This document shows, in pieces, positions 38,453 through 49,582 of a stretch of 64,000 nt of DNA. Position 1 is the stretch's first letter. Each line of letters starts with the position of its first letter. The stretch is from Mobula hypostoma. Taxonomy: Eukaryota. The stretch covers positions 28,708,001 to 28,772,000 of the forward strand of contig NC_086108.1 in NCBI RefSeq assembly GCF_963921235.1, in the 5' to 3' direction. The notes beneath the pieces were generated by a model. It ran no database searches. It saw only the letters and a program-made list of their open reading frames with translations, and was not told where the DNA came from. A program made the position numbers and the translations under genes.

Positions 38453-41400
38453 AGCATGCATACATCTGCTATTTTATAATTAAAGCAGGTGTCTTAGCAA
38501 CAAGATATTTTTCAACAACCCATGAATAAGTTTTGTTTTAAAAACGTTCACTTCTTTTGTACTCTTGAAAGTTGGGAAAATGTCCTCCTGGTTTCTTAAT
38601 GGCATATGCTGGCTGGCACCTAGAAATTCCTGATGATTAGTTTGCCCTGGTCAACTTTTGAAAGGACTGAACCACTGAGACGAGAACACGTGTCAATCTT
38701 AAAATAGCTCATTCACTGCTGGCACCGTACGGGGTCGTTCTACAAAAAGCCTCCATGTCCCTGGACCAAAAGGTTGAAGGAGAGGGGAAAAGAGGGTAGA
38801 AATTCAAGACGATAAATAACCAATGACTACTTTAAACTTTAAACTCATTTCTCCTGAAACAACAGAAAACCTGGATGTTAATTTAAAAATACATTCTCAT
38901 TAGCAATTCTTCGGCTGAGTGCTCCGCTACTGCGCTGGTTCTCGCTTCACTGTGCTTCAACAGTGCGATGCTATACCTCATGTTGTGCACTTTAGGGTGA
39001 ATAATTTTGGCTGAGGATCAGTGAACAGTTCCCATTGACTCTAGTTAAAGTGGGCGTGGGGGATGGAAACAATCCTTTGATGTGGCTCTTCTAATCTTTC
39101 CACTCTCTTCACTAAATGTTTTCTTTCCAAGGGGTTTGTGGATTCCACTCTGGAAGTCAGATTCTGACACAAAGGTTCACACACATTACAGAGCATATAT
39201 ATTGGTACTTAAAAGCCGGAGCATACATATGAACAAACACATACACATGATGAAACATGCAAATGTATGCTCTGTCAGTCAAGTGAAACAGCGCGAGTGA
39301 TCTGATGGCTAAGCTCACCCCCAGTCCATCTGTCAATCACCAAAGTTGCTGCAGTGAAATACGATAAGGTTTCTTTGATCCCACCCATCTATCTTGTTCA
39401 CTTTCTATCACTTCAGTCACCAGACCTTCTCCATTTTGCCAAATATACCATTTTATTGTTTGCTTGCATCATGGCACCAAAGTACACCAGTGTTCTGCAT
39501 GGGCATCTTTGTCTCACCGACTATCGCAAGCATTATCTAAAAAATAATGTATTTAAATCGAACACAGAACAAATTAGAAAACTACCAAGACTACCACAGT
39601 ACTGGAAAACTGTGCATTGGTTCCTGGTAGTTATTGACGGAGGAATTCAATAAGTGTAAGCTGCTGTGTTCCCTTCATTGACTGTAACATAAAAACATAG
39701 AAAAACTACAGCACAATACAGGCCCTTCAGCCCACAATGCTGTGCCAAACACGTACTTACTTTAGAAATTACATGGGGTTACCCATAGCCCTCTATTTTT
39801 TTCAACTCCGTGTACCTATTCAAGAGTCCCATAAAAGACCCTATCACATCCATCTCCACAGCCATTTCCGGCAGCTCATTCCAACTATGCACCACTCGCT
39901 GAGTAAAAAACTTACCCCTGACATCTCCTCTGTATCTACTTCCAAGCACCTTAAAACTATGCCCTCTCATGATAGCCATTTCAGCCCTGGGAAAAGGCCT
40001 CTGACTGTCCACATGAGCAATGCCTCTCATCATCTTATACACCTCTATCAGGTCACCTCTCATCCTCCATCGCTCCAAGGAGAAAAGGCCAAGTTCACTC
40101 AACCTATTCTCATAAGGTATGCTCCCCAGTCCAGGCAACATCATTGTAAATCTCCTCTGCACTCTCTCTATAGTATCCACATTCTTCCTGTAGCGAGGTG
40201 ACCAGAACTGAGCATAGTACTCCAAGTGGTGTCTGACCAGCGTCCCATATAACTGCAACATTACCTCTCGGCTCTTAAACTCAATCGTAGGGTTGATGTA
40301 GGCCAATGCCCCGTATGCCTTCTTAACCACAGAGTCAATCTGCGCAGCAGCCTTGAGTGTCCTATGGACTCGGACCCCTAGATCCCTCTGATTCTCACAC
40401 TGCCAAGGGTCTTACCATTAATACTATATTCTGCCATCACTCTGAATTGTGATCACTCTGTCCAAAATGCTCTTCCACTGAGAGGTCTGACACCTGACCA
40501 AGTTCATTTCCCAATACCAGATCAAGTACAGCCTCTCCTCTTATAGGCTTATCTACATATTGTGTCAGGAAACCTTCCTGAATACACCTAATAAACTCCA
40601 CGCCATCTAAACACCTTGCCCCAGGGAGATGCCAATCAATATTTGGGAAATTAAAATCTCCCACCACGACAACCCTGTTATTATTATTCCTTTCCAGAAT
40701 CTGTCTCCCTATCTGCTCCTCGATGTCCCTCTTACTATTGGGTGTTCTATAAAAAACACATAGTATTGACCCCTTCCTGTTTCTAACTTCCACCCACAAA
40801 GACTCAGTAGACAATCTCTCCATGGCTTCCTCCTTTTCTGCAGCCGTGACACTAGCTCTGATCAGCAGTGCCACGTCCCCACCTCTTTTATCTCCCTCCC
40901 TGATCTTTCTGAAACAGCTAAAGCTGGGCACTCAAAGTAACCATTGCTGCCCCTGAGCCATCCAAAGTCTCTGCAATGGCCACAACATCTTAGCTCCAAG
41001 TACTGATCCATGCTCTAAGCTCAGCTGCTTCGTTCAAGATGCTTCTTGCATTAAAATAGACACATCTCAAATTGTGGGGCTGAGCGTATCGCTTCTCTAT
41101 CACCTCCCTATCCTCCCTGTTGCACTGTCTCCAAGCTTTCTCTATATGTGAGATAACCACCCCTTCCTCCGTCTCTTCAGTTCAGTTCCCACCCTCCAGC
41201 AATTCTAGTTTAAACTTTCCCTAATAGCCTTAGCAAACCTCCCTGCCAGGATGTTGGCCCCCCTGGGATTCAAGTGCAACCCGCCCTTTTTGTACAGGTC
41301 ACACCTGCCCCAAAAGAGGTCCCAATGATCCAGAATTCTGAATCCCTGCCCCCTGCTCCAATCCCTCAGTGACGCATTTATCCTCCACCTCCCTGTATGT

Positions 41401-41630
41401 CGCATGGCATAGGCAATAATCCAAGATTACTACCTTTGAGGTCCTGCTTCTCAGCTTCCTTCCTAACTCCCTGTAGTCTGTTTTCAGGACCTCCTCCCTT
41501 TTCCTACCTATGTCATTGGTACCAATACGTACCACGACCTCTGGCTGTTCACCTTCCCACTTCAGGATATCATGGACGCGATCAGAAACATCCTGGACTC
41601 TGGCACCTGGGAGGCAAACTACCATCTGCA

Positions 41631-42594
41631 AACACGAGGAATTCTGCAGATGCTGGAAATTCAAGCAACACACATCAAAGTTGCTGGTGAACGCGGCAGG
41701 CCAGGCAGCATCTCTAGGAAGAGGTACAGTCGACATTTCAGGCCGGGATCCTTCGTCAGGACTAACTGAAAGAAGAGCTAGTAAGAGATTTGAAAGTTGG
41801 AGGGGGAGGGGGAGATCCAAAATGATAGGAGAAGACAGGAGGGGGAGGGATGGAGCCAAGAGCTGGACAGTTGATTGGCAAAAGGAATATGAGAGGATCA
41901 TGGGACAGGAGGCCCAGAGAGAAAGAAAAGGGGGGGAAAGCCCAGAGGATGGGCAAGGGGTATAGTGAGGGGGACAGAGGGAGAAAAAGGAGAGAGAGAA
42001 AAAGAATGTGTGTATATAAATAAATAACGGATGGGGTATGAAGGGGAGGTGGGGCATTAGCAGAAGTTTGAGAAGTCAATGTTCATGCCATCAGGTTGGA
42101 GGCTACCCAGACGGAATGTAAGGTGTTGTTCCTCCAACCTGAGTGTGGCTTCATCTTTACAGTGGAGGAGGCCATGGATAGACATATGAGAATGGGAATG
42201 GGAAGTGGAATTAAAATGTGTGGCCACTGGGAGATCCTGCTTTCTCTGGCGGACAGAGCGTAGATGTTCAGCAAAGCAGTCTCCCAGTCTGCGTCGGGTC
42301 TCACCAATATATAGAAGGCCACATCGGGAGCACCGGACGCAGTGTATCACCCCAGCCGACTCACAGGTGAAGTGTCGCCTCACCTGGAAGGACTGTCTGG
42401 GGCCCTGAATGGGCCCTCCTGTCTTCTCCTATCATTTTGGATCTCCCCCTCCCCCTCCCACTTTCAAATCTCTGACGAGCTCTTCTTTCAGTTTGTCCTG
42501 ACAAAGGGTCTCAGCCCGAAATGTCGACTGTACCTCTTCCTGGAGATGCTGCCTGGCCTGCTGCGTTCACCAGCAACTTTGATGTGTGTTGCTT
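41631..42594 (-). mobile_element. Young PLE 3' fragment (GIY-YIG) with inverted 5' terminal repeat, 15-bp TSD, inserted in CR1 ORF1
   Basis: ORF 42057-42383 FTCESAGVIHCVRCSRCGLLYIGETRRRLGDCFAEH. Inverted repeat at 42414-42594. TSD aaactaccatctgca at 41616-41630 and 42595-42609. Confidence 0.95.
41727..41763 (-). ncRNA. Hammerhead ribozyme motif in a PLE terminal repeat (core boxes intact, helix II/III slightly mutated)
   Basis: Minus strand reads AGUC-CUGACGA-AGGAUCCCGGCCU-GAAA-UG-U-C/GACUG, with a GUC cleavage triplet. Confidence 0.6.
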
Positions 42595-43680
42595 AAACTA
42601 CCATCTGCATTTCTTTCTTGCATCCACAGAATCGCCTGTCTGACCCCCTAACTATAGAGTCCCCCGTTACTGCTGCCTTCTTCCTTTCTCTACCTTTCTG
42701 ACTCTGTTCCAAAGGCGTGACCACTGTTGCTTTCCCCAGGTAGGCCGTCCCCCCAACAGTACTCAAACAGGAGTACTTATTGTTAAGGGGGACAGCCACA
42801 GCGGTACTCTCTAGTATCTGACTCCTGCCCTTCCCTCTCCTGACTGTTTCCCACTTATCTGTCTCCCGAGGACCCAATGTGACTACTTGCCTATAGCTCA
42901 TCTCTATCACCTCCTCACTTTCCCTGATCAGACGAAGGTCATCGAGCTGCATCTCCATTTCCCTAACCCGGTCCCTAAGGAGCTGTAGTTCGAAGCACCT
43001 GGTGCAGATGTGACTGTGTGGGAGGCTGGGAGTCTCTGTAAATGAACAAAATCAGTGTAGACAGCTAGTGCAGACAATGGACTGCCTTCATACAATGCTT
43101 TCAATGATTTCAACTTCCAAACCTTCATTCTCATTGTAACATTCAAGATGATTGTTGATACCTACAAATTTTTCGTATTTCCTAACTTGAGGTAGGGAAG
43201 CATTTTGTGCCATGCCAAACGTGTTGGCTCTTCCTCCTGTCCACGGAACTTTGAACAACTAAATGCACACATCAAAATAGAGCAGATAAAATTAAAATCC
43301 ACCGATGACAGAAATATAGTGTGCTAACGTGAGTAAAAAGCTGCAGTAATATTTTTGGCAGGGACCATTTTTGATGTGGAGGTGTGGAAAGCACAAAGGT
43401 AAAGTTGATGCGTTGTTTTAACTGTAGCTTCAAAGGAAAAATAAAAGATTATTTATTGTTGCATCAGATTAAACACTATCCAAATAAAAAAAGTAATTAT
43501 TAATAACATAGCAGATGCTAGAAATCTGAAATAAAATCAAGCATGTCAGGCAGTATCTGTGATAACAGAAAGGGTTAATTTTTAGCTTGGTTCTAAATAA
43601 TTATAATAAAAAAAGGTAATTTCACAATTAAAGACCCATTGGAGAAAATACAGGATCAGATAATGACATACTTTTTACAC

Positions 43681-44110
43681 AATAATAATAAGTACTTTAT
43701 TCATCCTGAGTGGGAAATTATTTCACTGCAGCAGCAATATTTAAAACACACTTACCAATAATAATAAATAATAATTTTAATAAAGTACTGAATATGTACA
43801 ATAATAATTTACAATGTGCAATACTGTGCAATAATAATGTATAAAATAATAAAACAGAGACAATTGTACTATGATGTGTGTTCTCCTGTCGCACCCAAAT
43901 GAACTGTTGTATATGCTTATTGTATTTGGTAGGAAAGATTTTCTGTCACGATCCTTGTGAATGAGCCTGTTCAAAAGGGTACTCCACTGACTTCTGTAGG
44001 TCATGGAGATGATGTGCCTGATTGTGCAAGATGTATAACTGTTTGTATAGTGATAATGATGTTTCATAATAATAAAGTACAATAATGCCGCAGAGGTACA
44101 AATGCAGCCC
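43681..44110 (-). mobile_element. Rex1/L2-like LINE 3' end with (TTA)n tail
   Basis: ORF 43777-44118 contains NRLIHKDRDRKSFLPNTISIYNS, an 'SFLP..I..YN' terminal motif; (aat)n at 43681. Confidence 0.6.
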
Positions 44111-44124
44111 GACATCATTTCAAA

Positions 44125-45262
44125 CTACATGAGTAAGGCATTTGATAAGGCATCCCATGCAAGGCTCCTTCTGAAAGTAAGCAGTCATGGGACCCAAGGA
44201 GACCTTGCTTTGTGGACCCAGAATTCTGATCCATATTCTGCATGGAGGTCAGTGACCAGTGGTGTTCTGCTGGGATCTGCTCTAGGACCTCTCCTCTTTG
44301 TGATTTTTATAAATGACTTGGATAAGGAAGTAGAAGGGTGGGTTAGTAAATTTGCTGATGACACAAAGGTTAGGGGTGTTGTGGATAGTCTGGAGGGTTG
44401 TCAGAGGTTACAGTGGGACATTGATAGGATGCAGAACTGGGCTGAGAAGTGGCAGATGGTCTTCAACACAGATAAGTGTGACGTGATTCATTTCGGTAGT
44501 CAAATTTGAAGACAGAATATAATATTAATGGCAAAACTCTTGGCAGTGTGGAGGGTCTGACAGATCTTTGAGGTCCATGTCCAAAGGATGTTTAAAGCTG
44601 CTGTGCAGGTTGACAGTGTTGTTAAGAAGGTGTATAGAGTGTTAGCCTTCATCAACCATGGGTTTGAGTTAAGAGCCGTGAGATAATGTTACAGCTATAT
44701 AGGATCCTGGTCAGACCCCACTTGGAGTACTGTGCTCAGTTCTGGTCACCTCACTACAGGAAGGATGTGAATACTATAGAGAGAGTGCAGAGGAGATTTA
44801 CAAGGATGTTGCCTGGATTGGACAGTGTACCTTATGAGAATAGGTTGAGTGAACTTGGCCTTTTCTCATTGGAATGACAGAGGATGAGAGGTGACCTGAT
44901 AGAGGTGTATAAGATGATGAGGGGCACTGATCGTGTGGATAGCCAGAGGCTTTTTGCCAGGGCTGAAATGGCTGGCATGAAGGGGCATAGTTTTAAGATG
45001 CTTAGAGATAGGTACCAAGGGGATGTCAGGGTTAAGTTTTTCACACAGAGAGTGGTGGGTAGTGGAATGCATTGCCGGCGGTGGTGGTGGAAGCGGATAC
45101 AAGAAGGTCTTTTAAGAGCCTCTTAGATAGGTACATGGAGCTTAAGAAAATAGAGGGCTATGCACTAGGGAAATTCTAGGCAGTTTCTAGTGTAGGTTAC
45201 ATGGTTGGCAAACCATTGTGGGCTGAAGGGCCTGTAACGTGCTGTAGGTTTCTATGTTCTAT
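44125..45262 (+). mobile_element. CR1 3' portion, 5'-truncated, disrupted
   Basis: SKAFDKASH..KFADDTK, LVRPHLEYCAQFWSPHY, RGDLIEVYK; tail ttctatgttctatg. Confidence 0.94.
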
Positions 45263-45568
45263 GAGGAGGTATAAAGGAAGATGTTTGATGGCTTGCTGAG
45301 GGAGGCAGAGATTAAGAAATGCTTTAAGTGAGGGTAAAATAGCAAGGTGGAGAGCCTTGTGAGGAAATCAAACTGAGGCTATTAAGAACTGCAGCTATTG
45401 TTCTACTTCCTTTCCTTTCTACAGTCTAGATTACAAATCAGGACTCAGGTGATCATCAGAGCTTTTTGTAAATAAATCTCATTCATATGATTAATATCTC
45501 ATGCAGCTTAGATGGTCAAGGAAAGATGTGCTATCTTTCTTTGTTGTCCTTTTCAATGATATGACATG

Positions 45569-46210
45569 CAGTGGGTTTCAGTTACAGTACTTGGGCCATC
45601 AGTTAATCGGGGCAGCTCCTAAAGAACAAAAACTAGTTGAGAAAATAGTTGGGATTGCCTTAATTTATTTGGGACACTATGCCGCTTAATGAAGACAGGA
45701 GACTATTGACCAACAGTATCTAACTAGCATCAGTTGCGAGCACTTGCATGGCTGTTAGACACTACAATGTGTTTAGACAGAACAGTTTTTAAATAACGTG
45801 AGTTGCATGTGCTTGTGTTCAGAAAGCAGTGGTTTTTGGCACTGACAGTTGGCAAGAAATAAGTAGCAAGACAATCCAGAACCATTTTGTTCCCTGCGGT
45901 TTCAAGCATTAAGAGTTGGAGAAGCCAGAAAAGGCCGGGAGTAAAATGAAATGATTTCACTTCAACAACTTAGGAACTACAATCATTTGGTATCAACAAT
46001 CATCTTGAATGTTACAAGTTAAAATGAAACTTTGGAAGATACAATCATCGAAAGCATTGTATGAAGGATGTGCATTATCTGCATGAGGTGCCTGTGCTAA
46101 TTTTGTTCAATTAGTCAATCAAAACAATGCTCCTGCGCACGGGTGCACTGGATGTATTCCTTTGTCGATAACGATTAGGAACTAATGCAGTTTTATAGTA
46201 CTGTGATAGG
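45569..46210 (+). mobile_element. Tigger/pogo-like non-autonomous DNA transposon remnant
   Basis: Starts with a CAGT-type end. About 45826-45908 translates AVVFGTDSWQEISSKTIQNHFVPCGFK, resembling the W..I...TI.N.F..CGF motif after the pogo DDE domain. Confidence 0.65.
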
Positions 46211-46211
46211 A

Positions 46212-48650
46212 CCACAAGACCAAAAAACATAGCAGCAGAATTAGGCCATTCAGCCTATCGAGTCTGCTCTGCCATTCCCATCATGGCTGATCCTGGATCC
46301 CACTCAACCCCATATGCCTGCCTTCTCCTCCTGACTGATCAGCAAATGATCAACTTTCGCCTTAAAATATACACAGCCTCCACCACAGTCTGCAGTAGAG
46401 CATTCCTCCTTACCTCTGTTCTAAACAGTCTCCCTCAATTTTGAGGCTGTGCCCTCTAGTTCTGGATACTCCCACCAAAGGAAACATCCTCTCCACATCC
46501 ACCCTATCTAGTCCTTTCAACATACGGTAGGTTTCAATGAGATCACCCCGCATTCTTCTAAATCCCCGTGAGTACAGGTTCAAAGCTGCCAAACACTCCT
46601 CATATGTTAACCCCTTCATTCCCAGAATCATCCTTGGGAACCTTCTTTGGACTCTCTCCAATGACAACACATCCTTTCTGAGATATGGGAAAACTGCTGA
46701 CAATACTCTTGTTCTATTCCCCTTGAAATAAGTACCAACATTGCATTTGCCTTATTTACCACACACTCAACCTGCAAGTTAAACTTCTGGGAGTTTTGCA
46801 CGAGGACTCCTAAGTTTCTCTGCACCTCTGATGTTTGAACCTTCTCACCATTTAGATAATAGTCCACACTTTTACCAAAATGCATTATCCTACATTTCCC
46901 AACACTATATTCCATCTGCCAACACACATCAAAGTAGCTGGTGAACGCAGCAGGCCAGGCAGCATCTCTAGGAAGAGGTACAGTCGACGTTTCAGGCCGA
47001 GACCCTTCCACAGGACTAACTGAAGGAAGAGTTAGTAAGAGATTTGAAAGTTGGAGGGGGAGGGGGAGATCCAAAATGATAGGAGAAGACAGGAGGGGGA
47101 GGGATGGCGCCAAGAGCTGGACAGGTGATTGGCAAAAGGGATACGAGAGGATCATCGGACAGGAGGACCGGGAAGAAAGACAGGGGGGGGGGAACCCAGA
47201 GGATGGGCAAGGGGTATATTCAGAGAGACAGAGGGAGAAAAAGGAGAGTGAGAGAAAGAATGTGTGTATAAAAATAAATAACAGATGGGGTACGAGGGGG
47301 AGGTCGGGCATTAGCGGAAGTTAGAGAAGTCGATGTTCATGCCATCAGGTTGGAGGCTACCCAGATGGAGTATAAGGTGTTGTTCCTCCAACCTGAGTGT
47401 GGCTTCATCTTTACAGTGGAGGAGGCCGTGGATAGACATGTCAGAATGGGAATGGGATGTGGAATTAAAATGTGTGGCCACTGGGAGATCCTGCTTTCTC
47501 TGGCGGACAGAGCGTAGGTGTTCAGCAAAGCGGTCTCCCAGTCTGCGTCAGGTCTCGTCAATATATAAAAGGCCACATCGGGAGCACCGGACGCAGTATA
47601 CCACCCCAGCTGACTCACAGGTGAAGTGTCGCCTCACCTGGAAGGACTGTTTGGGGCCCTGAATGGCAGTAAGGGAGGAAGTGTAAGGGCATGTGTAGCA
47701 CTTGTTCCGCTTACAAGGATAAGTGCCAGGAGGGAGATCAGTGGGGAGGGATGGGGGGGGACGAATGGACAAGGGAGTCGCGTAGGGAGCGATCCCTGCG
47801 GAAAGCAGAGGCGGGGGGAGGGAAAGATGTGCTTAGTGGTGGGATCCCGTTGGAGGTGGCGGAAGTTATGCAGAGTAATATGTTGGACCTGGAGGCTGGT
47901 GGGGTCGTAGGTGAGGACCAGGGGAACCCTATTCCTAGTGGGGTGGTGGGAGGATGGAGTGAGAGCAGATGTACGTGAAATGGGGGAGATGCATTTAAGA
48001 GCAGAGTTGATAGTGGAGGAAGGGAAGCCCCTTTCTTTAAAAAAGGAGTACATCTCCCTCGTCCTGGAATGAAACGCCTCATCCTGAGAGCAGATGCAGT
48101 GGAGACGGAGGAATTGCGAAAAGGGGATGGCGTTTTTGCAAGAGACAGGGTGAGAAGAGGAATAGTCCAGATAGCTGTGAGAGTCAGTAGGCTTATAGTA
48201 GACATCAGTGGATAAGCTGTCTCCAGAGATAGAGACAGAAAGATCTAGAAAGGGGAGGGAGGTGTTGGAAATGGACCAGGTAAACTTGAGGGCAGGGTGA
48301 AAGTTGAAGGCAAAGTTAATAAAGTCAACGAGTTCTGCATGCGTGCAGGAAGTAGCGCCAATGCGGTCGTCGATGTAGCGAAGGAAAAGTGGGGGACAGA
48401 TAGCAGAATAGGCACGGAACATAGGTTGTTCCACAAAGACAACAAAAAGGCAGGCATAGCTAGGACCCATACGGGTGCCCATAGCTACACCTTTAGTTTG
48501 GAGGAAGTGGGAGGAGCCAAAGGAGAAATTATTAAGAGTAAGGACTAATTCCGCTAGACGGAGCAGAGTGGTGGTAGAGGGGAACTGATCAGGTCTGGAA
48601 CTTTCCATCTGCCACTTTTTTTGCCCATTCTTCCAATTTGTCTAAGTCCT
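46212..48650 (-). mobile_element. CR1 3' portion (second subfamily) interrupted by a PLE; pieces 46212-46921 and 48603-48650
   Basis: ORF 46410-46703 PYLRKDVLSLERVQRRFPRMI..RGDLIETYRMLKGLDRV; the CR1 sequence resumes after the TSD. Confidence 0.9.
46922..48602 (-). mobile_element. Penelope-like retroelement (Neptune-type), 5'-truncated RT plus Cys linker plus GIY-YIG, 12-bp TSD
   Basis: ORF 47634-48608 NNFSF..QTKGVAMG..PSYA..RYIDD..PFLD..YYKPTD..YSSSHP. Linker YPCKRNKCYTC. VVYCVRCSRCGLLYIDET follows a frameshift. TSD ttccatctgcca at 46910-46921 and 48603-48614. Confidence 0.96.
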
Positions 48651-49404
48651 ACTATCATCACACACTGCTTTTGAGACATGGGGGGGGGGCGGGTGCAGGA
48701 AGCGGAAATGGTGAAAGAGCCCATTGGTCTCCTTCCAAACTGTGAATTTTCCAGAAAGCTCCTGAAGGGGGTTTTCATGCTGAGCTGCATAGAACTCTGC
48801 TCTATCAGTTGTCCACATCACAATACACATTACCTGCTGCCTGTAAGAGCATAAATGCAGTGGAAAACGTACTGCAGTTCTCCTGTGCAGAGAGCTGCCG
48901 GCAACTGTAAGCTGTGGACTGGTACATTCCAAGGTCCAGGACAATATGCTGAGGAATGTGCTGAAATTTGGTGGGGGCAATCCAAAGTCTTCATGGGGGA
49001 AGGCCACAGGTTAAGGCCTAACTGTAATGTAACTGAGGGTTACCACTCCTTGTACTGTTTGCAGGGGAATGCAATGGAAGTAACATGGCATGCTGATGTA
49101 AAATTAACCTTGAAATTGGAATAGGAAACCCTGGAGTACCAAATACCACAGAGAATGCATATAATACTATGATGATAGCTGACTGCATTCTATTTCAGAC
49201 TTGCAAATTTCATAGATGCAGTACATATTTAGAGTAAAAAACTGGCAAATGGATTAAAAAGAACTGAAAATTTTCAGCAATCTACTTTTAATTTAAAAGA
49301 AAATCAAACTGAAATTCAGTTGATGCCTTAGTACACTGAAGTTGAGAATTCAAAGAAAGAATATTTCTACATCTTGACTCAGCATTCATTCTCTTTATTT
49401 AATA

Positions 49405-49582
49405 GTTATTTTCTGAGATACAGTGTGGAGTAGGCCCTTCTGGCCCTTCAAGCCATGCTGTCCAGAAACCCCAATTACCTACTAACCAGTGCATCTTGGA
49501 ACTGGGTGAGGAACACAGAGCACATGGAGTAAACCTTCATGGTCACGGTGAGAATGTACAAACTCCTTACTGACAGCAGCAG
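49405..49582 (-). mobile_element. V-SINE remnant
   Basis: gagatacagtgtggagtaggcccttctggccc..acctactaaccagtgcatc..gtacaaactccttac. Confidence 0.7.

Larger units (their letters stand above)
39688..43035 (-). mobile_element. CR1 LINE with ORF1 (CxxC/leucine zipper plus SGNH esterase), APE, about 1.5-kb internal deletion, RT C-terminus and tail; 6-bp TSD
   Basis: ORF1: HICTRCFELQLLRDRVREMEMQLDDL, GDSIVR, CLPGARV, IGTNDIG, GLHLNPRG. APE 40437-40931 (VGDFNFPNIDW, LDLVL, SDH). RT end 39779-40330. TSD ctgtaa at 39682-39687 and 43036-43041. Confidence 0.95.
39545..43190 (-). mobile_element. Tigger/pogo-like DNA transposon remnant (pieces 39545-39687 and 43036-43190) split by the CR1 insertion
   Basis: The two pieces joined are the reverse complement of about 45970-46210, where the junction is uninterrupted. 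Confidence 0.7.

Noticed and set aside
41299..42057. 252-aa ORF that looks like a novel hydrophobic-domain/esterase fusion
   Set aside because: It is chance read-through from the pyrimidine-rich PLE 3' UTR across the TSD into CR1 ORF1.
46628..47311. 227-aa ORF with the same N-terminus fused to RT sequence
   Set aside because: Same artefact: PLE UTR read into the CR1 RT it inserted in.
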